A stretch of DNA of 64,000 nt from Sedimentisphaerales bacterium (GTDB lineage: Bacteria; Planctomycetota; Phycisphaerae; Sedimentisphaerales; Anaerobacaceae). The stretch lies in NCBI GenBank assembly GCA_963708075.1, contig OY970194.1, forward strand, positions 4,256,001-4,320,000, given 5' to 3'. Both the position numbers and the translations under genes were made by a program. Below, one piece after another: positions 23,668 through 35,015 of this stretch. The notes beneath the pieces are model-generated. The model made no database searches and was not told the DNA's origin. It saw nothing but the letters and a program-made list of their open reading frames with translations. Within the stretch, counting starts at the first letter, position 1, and each line of letters starts with the position of its first letter.

Positions 23668-26173
23668 CTACCGGCCGGTCTTGTTCGCAGGCGAGCGCTG
23701 CCAGTAGAGCTGGATTTGCCTGGCGATTTGCTCGGCGAGCTTCTGGTTGCCGGCGGACTTGGCGATCTGGAGCGCTTCTTCCAGGCAACTCAGGGCTTTA
23801 TCGGCCTGGTTTGTCTGTGCGTAACTGGCTGCAAGGCTTACCAGCGCGTTCGCGTTGCCAGGATCGAGCCGCAGGATCTGGCGGAGATGCGGGATTGCCC
23901 GGTCGTGCTGTTTGAGCCGAGCCAGGGTGCTCGCGAGATTGTAGCGGATAGCAGTGTTGCCGGGATCGAGGTCCACGGCTTTGGACAGTTGTGCCAGGCC
24001 CTCCTGGATCGCCCCTTTCGCACAAAGGGCGTTGCCCAAGTGGGTCTGCGCCATGGCGTCGTTTGGCTTGAGTTGTGCGGCTTTGCGATAATGCACAATG
24101 GCCTGGTCCACGTTGCCTTGCTCCTCCAGCGCCACGGCGAGGTTGTGGTGGGCTTCGTAGTTGTCGGGGTTGAGCTCCGCCGTCCGCGACCAGCACTTCA
24201 TGGCCTCCTGCTTGTTCCCCCGGCGCAACTCCGCCACGGCGAGATTGAAGTACGCCTCGGCGCTATCCGGGGCAAGCTCCAGGGCTTTGTGCAAATAACC
24301 GACGGCCTCATCCAGCATGTCCCGGGCGATGAAGACGGCCCCCAGATCCACCTGGATTTCGCCGTCGCTCGGATTCACCTTTGCCGCCTCGCGACAAATA
24401 TCGGATCGGCCTCGTCATACTGCTCGCGTCCCAGCAGGGCCAGCCCAAGGCAATGCAGGGCGTCACAGTTCTTCGGATTCAGCTCCAGCGCCTTTCTGTG
24501 CCTGGCGTTCCGCGCCCTCATAATCGTTCTGACTTGAAGTACTCCCATGCGGCCCGGGCATAGGAGACATCGTCGATGAATTGCTCCCGTATATGCCCGA
24601 TGGCGGAGGGGGCGACATTGACGAATTCCGGGATGTTGGCCGCGCGGTCCGGGGCGGTCAGGTGGTCCAGAACCACCGCCGGCGTGCTCTCGCCATGCTC
24701 GTCGATGTGGGTCAGGTAGAGCCGCGTGTAGGGAGAGTCGGGCTTGCCTGAGAAGACGAGCCATTTGCCGTTCGGCGAAAAGCTGTGCCAGGAGTTCATC
24801 CGCTTGGTGTTGGCGCGCAGTCTGCGGGCTTCGCCTCCCTCGGCGGGAATGATGAATAACTCGCTGTCCGGCTGGAGAAGCATGTAGTTCTCGGCCCGGC
24901 AGAACACGATCCACTTGCCGTCGGGCGAGTACTTCGGGAAGAAGTTGCTCTTGCCGTTGAAGGACGCCCCCGCGATCGGCTCGGCCTTGCCCCCTCGGCC
25001 GCCGTTGAAGGGGATTCGATAGAGGTTGAATTTGAAGGGCTTTCCCTCCTCCAGAAATTCGCGGCAGTCGGCGGGACTCAGAAGCACGGTTCCCGGATCG
25101 CTGCCGCGCTTCGTGAGACTGTACGCCTCGGTCGCCGCAAAGACAATGTACTTGCCGTCCGGGCTCCACGTCGCGTTGCTCTGGACCAGGCTCGGCGTCG
25201 TCCGCCCCCGGCAGCGACTGGAACGTGCCGGTCTGCCGGTCATACACGCACAAGAATGCCCTTCACGGGAAAGAACAACTGCGAGAAATCCAGGCCGGGC
25301 TTGGCGACAAAGACGGACTCATCCTGGACGGTGCTCACCACGAATCTGCCGTCGGGGGAGACCTGGGAGAGCAAGCCGAAGGTCGCCTCTCCTTCGTTCC
25401 TCCGGTAGTCGCTCCACGTGATGATCGCGCTCTTGTCGAGCGTCATGGTCCTGACGGACCGGCGCGATGGCATAGGAGCCCTTGTCGTTGGCATAGTCGA
25501 TGTCCATCCCCAGAACGGCGCCGTCGGCGGAGAACGAGTGGCAGTTCCCGCACACGGGCAGGTTCTCCAGCACGACCGGCGGACGCTGCCGCGGACGACA
25601 CCGCTCCGAAGCGCCAGCGAATGGCGGACGGGTCCTTCACGGCATCCGCAAAGGGGAGGTTCACTTCCCGGTAGAACAGGGCGCGCCCACCTTATCCGAC
25701 GAGGTCCGGATGGTGACACGTCCCGCGGACAGGACTTCTGACGGCGCCTCGCGGCTGACTCCGGCGATCGTCACGACGGCCGGCGTCTCCAGGGATCGGC
25801 TCTTGATCTTCTCCCAAACCGCCGGTTCGGGCCGCCATTCAGGCTGCCGGCTGAAACCGTTGATGCGTCCTCGGCCGTCGGAAAACTCAATCGTGACGAG
25901 CCACAGGTCCGCGTGGAAATCCTCGTCCTTCCAGCGAAAGGCCGGAGCGACGATCTCGGGCGGGAACAGCGTCCCATCCAGCGGGTACTCAACCACGATC
26001 CGATGCGGCGGTGTCGTTGCGGCCAGGGACTCCAGCACATCCCGCGGGCGTATCTGCCATCCACGAACCCAGAGAATCGCCAGAGACACAGCGACAACAA
26101 TCGCCGCTGCACCTGCCCCCACCAGGAGCTTTCGAGTGCACTTTCGCACAGCCTCTTGCCCCAGCGCTGCCAT
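23668..26173 (-). CDS. Membrane-anchored PD40/TolB-like propeller + TPR protein with a CxxCH motif; multiple frameshifts
   Basis: Consecutive fragments: TM anchor with YPLDGTLFPPEI; LENLPVCGNCHSFSADG; SQVSPDGRF; WSPDGKY, KYSPDGKW, MNSWHSFSPNGKWLVFS; C-terminal TPRs. Start uncertain. Confidence 0.75.
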
Positions 26174-26285
26174 CCACAGGTAGACGGGGCGTTGATTGCC
26201 CGTCTCACTCCTATAGTACCACAATTCGTGCGGTGGCGACGACAGGAATTCTGGGGACATACGGGTAGTCACATCGGGTTTTCTC

Positions 26286-26314
26286 TTGACGCCGGCCCGC
26301 CCGTGAGGTAGGCT
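26286..26314 (+). promoter_or_regulatory. Sigma70-like promoter
   Basis: TTGACG-N17-TAGGCT upstream of the gene at 26475. Confidence 0.5.
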
Positions 26315-26474
26315 GGTGGCTACAGTGGCGGATTACCGTCCCCCTGTCGAGTAGCGGATTCTTGCGGATGAAGAGGGATCATCGATGGCGCGGGAGGATG
26401 ACAGTTTCGTAAAAGGCGCCGCCGCGCCGGTTGTCTACACGTTTTGCGAGGTTCTGCGATTAAGGAGGCCGATC

Positions 26475-29205
26475 ATGTCCAGTAAGTCGATCATGCTTGT
26501 CACGGTAGCGTTCGTACTGGGGCTGGCGCAAGCCGGTTTCGCCCAGGTGGACTCGGATCTTATTGGGTGGTGGCGGATGGATGAGGGGCGGGGCACCACT
26601 GCCGCTGATCTAAGTCGGTACGGCAATCACGGCACCTTTGTCGGAGCCCCCAAGTGGTTCGCCGGCAAAATCGGCAGTGCCCTGCAATTCGACGGAGCCG
26701 ACGACTACGCGCGCTGTGCCCAACGGGTGGGAGCCAAGCCTGGCACCTATTCGGCGGAACTGATGCCGGCGACGTTCACCGTAGCCTGTTGGACAAAACT
26801 GGACACCTTCGCCTTTTTCAGCAGCTTCGTCGGGAACGGCATGGACAGCGCGGACGATGAGTGCGGCTTCTTCCTGTATAATTACGGCTGGCTCGATGAG
26901 AGCGGAAAAGACTTCGGCCTGGCGATACGCACCGAGACAGGCGCCGAAATGAGCTACGTGGAGACTCCGAACACCTATGAGAACCAACACGTGGTACCAC
27001 GTCGCCGCAACCTATGACGGGACCAACGTCAGCATGTACGTCAACGGCGCCCTTGTCGCCGGCCCTACGGATGTGGGTGGTCCCATGCGATGGATCAGTC
27101 AGGCCAGCGGAAATTACCCGGAGCGGTTCTCCATCGGGGTGTGGCTCGACCCGGGCTACGATCTATGGGTGGACGGCGCCATCGACGACGTGCGCTACTA
27201 CAGCCGAGCTCTCGATGCGAGCGAGGTCAAAGCGCTCATGACGGCTGTGTCGTATTACCCGTTCGCCTACGCTCCGATACCCAAGCACAGCACCACGATC
27301 AAGACAACCTCGCAGGTGCTTCAGTGGAGCCCGGGTGACTCGGCCGTCTCGCACGAAGTCTACTTCGGCCAGAGCCTGGAGCAGGTCGCTGCGGCCACGC
27401 CGGCCGATATCGGCGTCTTCGTCGGCAGGCTCGCTGTCCGCACGCTGGTCGTCGGCACAGGCAGCGGTCCCTACCCCCAGGGACTGACTCCTGGAGCCAC
27501 CTACTACTGGCGCGTGGATGAGGTCAACGATGCAAATCCCAACAGTTTGTGGAAAGGCGAGGTCTGGAGTTTCTCGGTCCAGCCGCTGACCGCGTGGAAG
27601 CCGTACCCGCCCGATGGGATGAGACATGTCGATCCCAATCAGGACCTGAGCTGGGAAGACGGGCTGGGCGCCGTATACAACACAGTCTACGTCGGCCGCA
27701 GCTTCGATGAGGTCAACAACGCCACGGCAGATGGAACGATCGCGATGGGCCCCGTCCATGATCCGGGCCCCCTCGCGCTGGACACGACGTACTACTGGCG
27801 AGTGGACCAGTACGTGACTCCGGCAAACGTCACACGCAAGGGCCCCGTCTGGAGCCTCACCACGCGCGGGCCCGGCGGCGGCGTCAAGGCCCAGTACTTC
27901 GACGGCAGGAACCTCTCGGGAACGCCGGTACTGACCCAGATCGAGGGTTCAATCGACCACGCCTGGGGCGGTGAGATCGCCGGCGGCCTGGCCGACAATG
28001 TCTCGGCCCGCTGGACGGCCGATCTCGAGGCCCCGTTCACCGAGACGTACAATCTCATCACGACCAGCGATGACGGCGTGCGGCTTTGGCTCGACGGCCG
28101 CATGATCGTCGACAACTGGACCGACCACGGCACCACCAGCAACGTGGCCAAGGTGGACCTGATCGCAGGCCAGATCTACTCCGTCCGTATGGAGTTCTAT
28201 GAGGGCGAAGGGTCCGCGGTGGCGAAGCTCTCCTGGGAGAGCCCGACGCTCCCACGACAGATCATTCCGCAAGGCTGGCTGCAGTTGGCGCTCTGGGCGA
28301 CCAGTCCCTCTCCGGCCAATGGCGAAACCCAAGCCCCGCCGACGCCGATGCTTCGCTGGAGCGCCGGCGATGAGGCCACCAATCACGACGTCTACTTCGG
28401 TGCGGATTCCGCGGCGGTGACCGCGGCAACGCCCGCCGACGCGGGCGTCTATGGCGGCAGGCAGGCCGTAGATGCTGTCACCTACAACCCCGGGCCGCTG
28501 GAGTGGAACAAGACCTACTATTGGCGCGTGGACGAGGTCAATCTGGCAAATCCGGAGAGTCCGTGGAAAGGCCGCGTGTGGAGCTTCACCACCGCCAACT
28601 TCGTCGTCATCGATGACTTCGAGGTCTACACCAACGATTCGCCCAACCGCCTCTTCCAGACCTGGGTCGATGGCCTGGGCTACTCGAAGGATCTGTACTT
28701 CCCGAACGGCTATGGCGGCAACAGCACGGGTGCGGCCGTCGGACACGACGTCTGGAACTCGCAAAGCGCATACTTCGGCGGCTCCATCGTCGAGACCAAA
28801 GACGTTCACGGCGGCTATCAGGCGATGCCTCTCTACTACGACAACACGGCCACGCCCTACGATTCCGAGGCCCAGCGAACGTGGTCCACGGCGCAGGACT
28901 GGACAGTCAACGGCGTCACCGACTTGGTGCTGTACGCACGCGGCAAGGCAGATAACGCTCCTGCCCCGCTATACATAGCGGTCGAAGACAGTGCCGGCCA
29001 CGTCGCCATTGTCACCCACGCGGACAGCGCTACTGCAACCGCCAAGGACTGGGCCGAGTGGAAGATCCCGCTCAGCGATCTCGCCAATGCCAAGGTGACG
29101 TTGACCGCCGTCAAGAAAATGTGCATCGGCGTAGGCAGCCGGAACGCCGCAGCGGCAGGCGGAGCCGGCGTGGTCTTTATCGATGACATTCGCCTGACCA
29201 AATAG
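26475..29205 (+). CDS. Secreted LamG + Fn3-like + PA14 protein of the same family; +1 frameshift at ~26982
   Basis: RBS TAAGGAGG; signal peptide; LamG; YYWRVD three times; PA14 (TSDDGVRLWLDG); C-terminal IDDFE.YTNDSPNR...FIDDI module. Confidence 0.85.
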
Positions 29206-29261
29206 CCCGCCGGCCAGGGATCGGGCGCAGTCGGAACACGGCAGCGAATCACGCGGCTCTT

Positions 29262-29365
29262 CGTAGGGCGAGCGTCCCCGCTCGCCCATTTAGAACACTT
29301 GCGATAGCCGGAACGTTGCGCCGGCGTACGTGACAAGAGGGACGAGCGGGGACGCTCGTCCTACG
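29262..29365. repeat. Inverted pair of GTAG-type REP sequences
   Basis: cgtagggcgagcgtccccgctcgccc and gggacgagcggggacgctcgtcctacg; related units near 23503, 43285, 51361 and 51408. Confidence 0.75.
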
Positions 29366-29651
29366 CGGAGGGTCAAATCTGCTGCCGAATACCGGCAGCC
29401 GCCTCGCCCTCTTCATTGCCGCACAGACCTCCGCGCAGGGTGAATCACTTTCGATCGATTTTCGCACGATTCGTGCGCCGGTTTGGAAGTAAAAACAGGC
29501 GCCGCTGCAAATTTTCTTATTCCTTTCCCTGCCGGGACTTGCGGCATTTCCAACCTCCCGCAAGCCCGTTTTCTTCGACCAAATCGCGCACTTTCGTCCC
29601 CTAGTGGAGGGACGCCTTGTCCGTCCGCGACCCTCCGGCACCCGTGCCATT

Positions 29652-30608
29652 ATGGGATGTGAAATGGACAATGCAGACATGGAGTCATCCGTGGAGAAGC
29701 GAACTTGTGCAAACTGCGTGTATGCCACGCCCCTGTGGGGCCGCTGGCTGCGGATCATCATGGCTGGCTGGTCCGGCCTGCGGATCTGCTTCAACAGTGC
29801 CCAGTCCCCCGGCCGCCTGCAGGAGGTCTACCCCACCGGCTCCTGCCGAAACTTCCATCCGAGGTGCGTCCAGCAGCATCACGCCCGACTACTGGACCGT
29901 TCGCCGAACACCTCACGGTCAAGGGAGGAAACGCGTCTAATCCCCCTGACCCACGGCTTGCACGCCATCGTCGACGCCGCCGACTTCGAGTGGCTCAGCC
30001 AGTACCAGTGGTTCCTGTGGGGCCCGGGTTACGCCGCCCGCCGCGTACGTGGCGGCGTCATCCTCATGCACAGGGAGATCATGAACGCTCCGACAGGCAA
30101 GGACATCGATCATTTCAACGGCCACCCATCGGACAATCGCAGACGCAATTTGCGTATCTGCACGCGATCCGAGAACCTGCGCAATACGCGCAAACGCCGC
30201 GGATGCCTGTCTCAGTACAAGGGCGTCTCCGTCAACAATCGTCACAGCAAGTGGATCGCCCAGATCTCGCTTGAACGCGAAAACATCAAGTTGGGCACGT
30301 TCGATGACGAGGCCGAAGCCGCACGCGCCTTCGACCGAGCCGCCCTCCTGCTCTTCGGCGAATACGCCTGGCTCAATTTTCCCGAAGAGTTCGACACCCG
30401 CCGCCAGGAAATCGCCAGTCCCCAATACCAGAAAGAGCTGGCCGCCAGAATAGAGAGAAAGAAGTCAAGAAAGCGTCAACGCCCACACGCCAAAGCGAAG
30501 TCCACCAAACGCAAGCCCCACGCCGCCGCGCGACGACGCAAAGGAGATAACAGAAAGAGAAAACGATCCCCCACGAACAAAACACGAAGGCATTCATCGC
30601 CTAACTGA
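29652..30608 (+). CDS. HNH endonuclease-AP2 domain protein with Cys-rich N-terminus and basic tail
   Basis: IPLT.G..AIVDAADFEWL, MHREIM, IDHFNG..DNRRRNLR...N, SQYKGV, LGTF...EAARAFDRAA..LFGEYAWLNFP. Start uncertain. Confidence 0.85.
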   Translation: MGCEMDNADMESSVEKRTCANCVYATPLWGRWLRIIMAGWSGLRICFNSAQSPGRLQEVYPTGSCRNFHPRCVQQHHARLLDRSPNTSRSREETRLIPLTHGLHAIVDAADFEWLSQYQWFLWGPGYAARRVRGGVILMHREIMNAPTGKDIDHFNGHPSDNRRRNLRICTRSENLRNTRKRRGCLSQYKGVSVNNRHSKWIAQISLERENIKLGTFDDEAEAARAFDRAALLLFGEYAWLNFPEEFDTRRQEIASPQYQKELAARIERKKSRKRQRPHAKAKSTKRKPHAAARRRKGDNRKRKRSPTNKTRRHSSPN

Positions 30609-30619
30609 CAACCGGAGTT

Positions 30620-31250
30620 TTCAACCACGAAGTCCGCGAAGGCCACGAAGAAAACACGAAGTTGTAGGGTGGGTTCTTAACCCACGCGTTGAAGTCTTCT
30701 TTGCCACAGAGGTCACAGAGCCCACAGAGGAAACAAAACCGCTGATGAACGCCAGTTCGGATCCTGTCATTCCTGCAAAACTTGTCCTCGACCTGATCGA
30801 GGACAAGAATCCAGATTTCTTGAACTACGCAGGACACGGAGCCCGCAGAGTAGAATGTCAGCAGGTAGGAACATGGGAGGGAAGAAACCACCTGATTCCT
30901 GTTCCCCAATCCGCATTCCGCAATCCGAAATCCGCAATCACGGCGTCCCGCGGCCCCCTTCTCACTCCACATTCCGCAATCCGCAATCCCCACTCCAAAG
31001 GCCCCCTTTTTCCCTTGCCTGCCCCGCCCGCATCTGGCATAATAGTCCCCAGCGGAACACTCCTGGCGACAAGTGCGACGAATGAAAGTTGCGGCCCTCC
31101 GTGGGCCGGATAGATGTGGTGAGGCCGAGATGGATGCGATGGCCATGAAGGTAAGGCCGAGGGATAAATGAGACGGGAGAAGGTGGAAATAGGTTGACTG
31201 TCCCCGGTTTCCCCCCTCGGAATAAGTACCTGGCACCGTCGCGCGGGCGC
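30620..31250. repeat. Cluster of short repeats (9-mer CCACGAAG/CACAGAG tandems, GTAG REP, GTCATT palindrome, ATCCGCA heptamers)
   Basis: Directly visible at about 30624-30661, 30663-30688, 30704-30730, 30765-30813 and 30905-30990. Confidence 0.75.
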
Positions 31251-31256
31251 GCTCCC

Positions 31257-34200
31257 TCACTTACCAGGCAGTCTTCTCACGTTAGTCCCAAACTTCTTAT
31301 GAGATGGATCCAATGACTTGGCCGGGACTTTGATGCCCATCTTTTGACAGAGCTTTTGTGATTGCTTGTAGTCTGTTTCAAATAAGAGCAACCGCTCCCA
31401 AGTCATGGCCTCTAGGACCACCTTTGCTAAGCAATTGCCCTCCCTCTCCAGTCGACCATGAAGGGTTACCATTTCGTCAGCCGGAATCGACTTGCCTCTG
31501 CGACCTAGTCGCACAACTAAGTGCACGAGCTCGTTGGAGAGAACATCATCCTTCTGCCTTAGTTTGCCGAGCGTCGAATCCAGCAAGGGCAGACCGATAG
31601 CCGAACCTGTTCGCTTGATCATGGAAAAAGTGGCCAGCCAATTGAGGTCGAACCATAGACGATTGGCCAAATGCGCAGCCTCTTGGCGAAGCTCGCGCAG
31701 TTGCGCCCTCCCGAGCTTGAAATCTTTGTCTTCAGATTGGACGACGGTGGCAACGCGAATGCGAAATAGACGCCAACGGATATACCTCGTCAATCCCTTA
31801 ACCTCACCTTGGAAGCTGTAGATACGACCGAGCAAACGACGAGCGAGCCCGACAATCTCTTCCATAATAGCAAGCTTTTCAGTCCCCTCGATTGATGAAG
31901 CACCATTGCGCAGAACCTGGCCAAGAATACCGATCGTCTTGAGAGCCGCGCGCACATGTTGGAGTTCATCGAGTTCATGCGCACCAGACGGCGGCAAAGC
32001 ATCGACTTGTCTCCCGTCGTAAGATCGACGCGTACTCATCGCCATTTGGTCATCTCTGGCATCCTGAATCAACTTTCTGTTGATCTCGGGAGATGTGGGC
32101 GGCAGCGTAAAGAAGCCGCTTGCCTCGCAGAGGGCATTGAGCTGCGTTACATCATCAGAGATTGTCGCCCGAGGGGCGTCACGAAAGAGGGCGCTCGCTG
32201 CTTCGCGCATGCTACCTATCACAAGAGGATCATCGGTAAGATGGGCCAAGAATACAAGAATATTGGCTGACGTCTCGTGGTATAGCCGGCCGGTTAGTTC
32301 TCTTACAACCTGCTTGGCCTCATCATTCCGGAGATTTCTCTGCAGCCACCAAGCCACAAAGAACGAGGAAACCCACCTGCTCCTGAATGCGATTTCATCT
32401 CCATCCAGGCGAATCATGCGGGTAAAAATCAGGTCATTACGGACCTTCTCATAATCAAATGGCAAGTCGTACCGAGCGCAATGCTCAGCATGAAAAGATC
32501 GAGCCTCTACTTCAGATAGCGTGGGTCGGCCGGCTTTGTGCAAACGATAGGCTAATTCAGCCAAATATATGAACTTGCCGCTCAGGTCGAAATGAGTCAT
32601 GGGTGACTGCGACAGCGCAACCGTAATCACAGCGTGGTAGAGGTGGCCGTAATTGCCGTTACGAGCGGCAACTTCAGGTGCATCCGAACCTTCTGTCTGT
32701 TCTAGAATAACGACGAGCAGCCAAGGTGTATGAGGCAAGCCTGCCAATCCGAGGAGTGACTCCACCTGCTGGCACAGTTCGAGAGCGCTGGTCTTGAGCT
32801 TGGAACTATCAGGGTCGCTCCGGCCCAGCGCCATCCATTTGAAGGTCAGCGATTCAAGTCGCTGATGGCCAAAGTCGCAAATCTGGTACTTCTGATAGCC
32901 AAGAAGGAGGTCTGCTTCTTGACCTTGATCGGCGATAAACTCAAGCTGAAGATCGTCGCTGGCAATCAGCACGATGTGATCGAATCGGTCAGATGCCGAA
33001 TTGAGTATATGTCGTCGTGCCATGAAATCTGTTGGACCTTCATGCAGGTCATCTATAATCAAAACACGCATACCGTTGTTCAGCTGCAGGTACTCAGCCG
33101 GCGATAACAATTGGTATTGTTTCGTGACCGCTTTCTCAAGCGTGCGCCGGAATGCCGTGTCGCTCCCGCTCCGACTTAATTCTTCACCACGCACAAACAA
33201 TGGTACATAGCCTTTATTACGCAGATCAAGACAGAGGCGTTTGGCAAGGCTTGTCTTACCCGAGCGATCCCCGCCCGCTATGAACACGCGAGTCTGTTCT
33301 GCAATCTCATTGAGTACAGATTCACTACGGACACGTGCAACAAGGGGTGAGGATCGAGCATCGCCAACCTGCTCTGACGCCTCCAACATCTTGCGCAGAT
33401 CGGGATAGGCAAATATATGAGACAATCGCAACTCGGCGACGCGAGGGTGTGTCAAGGGATCTTCCAGTTCGTCGAGCCATATCTCAAAGCTGGGCTTAAA
33501 TGCGTAGCGCCGATCAGCTCGCTGGGGATTATGAATCGGAGTCGGTTGCCCGCTTCCGTCTTTGGGCTCAAAGTGATCTCCCGACCACACCAAAGTTTTC
33601 GTCTGCTGGGTCTTCTCACCCAAGTCCAGTTGCACCAGATTGAAAGTACATTGGTCTGACGTGCCATGTTCTCCGAGAACCCCGCCCTCCAAGTAGTTGA
33701 CCTGAACACCTCCCTCCACAATTCTTCTCGCACTTTCATCCTCGTGCTCGTGTGCTGTCAACACTAGATCGCTCCGGCTCTCCACGGCGGTCCCAAGCTC
33801 TGACCGAACATCCGGCATTAGAAACCAGTGAAGCGGGTGATGAAGAAGCGTTACGCTGACGGTCGCTTCAGGCTCTTCGGGGGGAAGAAACTGCTTCAGC
33901 GGAAAACGTAAATCGTCTCGCCCCTCTATTATTGATGTCCACGACGAATTGAGCAAGTTGAAACGAATGCAATCCGTTCCCAGAACAAGATCATAGTGTT
34001 GGTAAAACGGGTAATCTGGCGTTAATGCCGAACCCGCTTCTCCTACGTGTAAGGCAAAATCAAAGTAATCCTTCTGTGGCCTAAGGAGGTGGGTTAAGAT
34101 GGATGGGCTTGGGAGTTCCCCCCTCACCTTCTCGCGAAGCGCTAGTCTTGCATCTTGATCTTCCGAAGTCAGATCGCAATCATGGTTGCCAGGCACGCTC

Positions 34201-34457
34201 AATATGTGTACGGATATCTCAGGCTTTACACCATTGAGATGTTTACGCAGGTCATCGAGGAGCATTGCAGCTATCTCAAACTGATCGGCCTTTCCCCCAA
34301 AGGCGGCGTCGCCACAAAACGTGATCACGCACGCTCGCGTATCCCCTGGCAATTCCGCAGCAATTGCCCTGCACAATGCGGGCCACCTCTCAACAAGGGG
34401 GTCGGTGATGGTCTTGATGTGTGCGTCAGAAAGCTGAACAATTAACACTGATGACAT
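31257..34457 (-). CDS. Calcineurin-like metallophosphoesterase fused to a STAND-type NTPase (putative antiphage protein)
   Basis: LSDAH, CGD, PGNHD, LHHP, TAHEH motifs; Walker A GGDRSGKTS; Walker B LIIDDLHE; helical C-terminus; visibly more AT-rich than flanks. Confidence 0.8.
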   Translation of the reverse strand: MSSVLIVQLSDAHIKTITDPLVERWPALCRAIAAELPGDTRACVITFCGDAAFGGKADQFEIAAMLLDDLRKHLNGVKPEISVHILSVPGNHDCDLTSEDQDARLALREKVRGELPSPSILTHLLRPQKDYFDFALHVGEAGSALTPDYPFYQHYDLVLGTDCIRFNLLNSSWTSIIEGRDDLRFPLKQFLPPEEPEATVSVTLLHHPLHWFLMPDVRSELGTAVESRSDLVLTAHEHEDESARRIVEGGVQVNYLEGGVLGEHGTSDQCTFNLVQLDLGEKTQQTKTLVWSGDHFEPKDGSGQPTPIHNPQRADRRYAFKPSFEIWLDELEDPLTHPRVAELRLSHIFAYPDLRKMLEASEQVGDARSSPLVARVRSESVLNEIAEQTRVFIAGGDRSGKTSLAKRLCLDLRNKGYVPLFVRGEELSRSGSDTAFRRTLEKAVTKQYQLLSPAEYLQLNNGMRVLIIDDLHEGPTDFMARRHILNSASDRFDHIVLIASDDLQLEFIADQGQEADLLLGYQKYQICDFGHQRLESLTFKWMALGRSDPDSSKLKTSALELCQQVESLLGLAGLPHTPWLLVVILEQTEGSDAPEVAARNGNYGHLYHAVITVALSQSPMTHFDLSGKFIYLAELAYRLHKAGRPTLSEVEARSFHAEHCARYDLPFDYEKVRNDLIFTRMIRLDGDEIAFRSRWVSSFFVAWWLQRNLRNDEAKQVVRELTGRLYHETSANILVFLAHLTDDPLVIGSMREAASALFRDAPRATISDDVTQLNALCEASGFFTLPPTSPEINRKLIQDARDDQMAMSTRRSYDGRQVDALPPSGAHELDELQHVRAALKTIGILGQVLRNGASSIEGTEKLAIMEEIVGLARRLLGRIYSFQGEVKGLTRYIRWRLFRIRVATVVQSEDKDFKLGRAQLRELRQEAAHLANRLWFDLNWLATFSMIKRTGSAIGLPLLDSTLGKLRQKDDVLSNELVHLVVRLGRRGKSIPADEMVTLHGRLEREGNCLAKVVLEAMTWERLLLFETDYKQSQKLCQKMGIKVPAKSLDPSHKKFGTNVRRLPGK

Positions 34458-34777
34458 AAACAAGTCCTCGACTAGCTCGTTCATCCTGAATGACAAGAGA
34501 TGGACTGCTGTGTGCAGCTTTCTCCGTCAGAAAAGACAATAGCCTCAGAATCCAGAAGGTGATTATAGGAACTACGTGATGAAGATGCAAATGGAAATCC
34601 TATCAATTTTGAGACGAAGCGGTGTGCGGAGCCCACCCCTACCGGCTCCCGCCGAATCCGAAGCAGGAATTCTGGGGACATCTTACTTTTTTCGGATCGG
34701 AATTGAGTATGGCGTCCCCCAGATATCCCGGATTGCGGCGATGTCGATGCCGCGATTAATCGCCTCCTGAACAGCCT

Positions 34778-34873
34778 GCGACGACGGACGCGCAGATCGA
34801 CCAGCTTGTGTACGAGCTCTACGGCCTGACGGGCGACGAGATCAAGATCGTGGAGGAAAGCGCCAAATCGTGA
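34778..34873 (+). pseudogene. C-terminal remnant of a type IIG (Eco57I-like) restriction-modification enzyme
   Basis: Translates ATTDAQIDQLVYELYGLTGDEIKIVEESAKS*, the typical terminal motif; no upstream body or start. Confidence 0.75.
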
Positions 34874-34980
34874 GGCTTCGACATGGTTGAGTCGGCCGAT
34901 AAGATACTGTAAAGGAAAGCCAACGAGGCGCGAATCTCACTGCTGAGTGGCATAGTGGCCTCGTCTGACTTCCTTTCCTG

Positions 34981-35009
34981 TGGCATTTATGCCGGCGAGC
35001 GGGTACAAT
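34981..35009 (+). promoter_or_regulatory. Sigma70-like promoter, probably giving a leaderless TA transcript
   Basis: TGGCAT-N17-TACAAT, with ATG 7 nt downstream. Confidence 0.5.
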
Positions 35010-35015
35010 CGACGC

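Noticed and set aside
30601..31260. 219-aa ORF and overlapping small ORFs
   Set aside because: They are translations of repeat arrays (IADCG, LCGLCDLCG), not credible genes.
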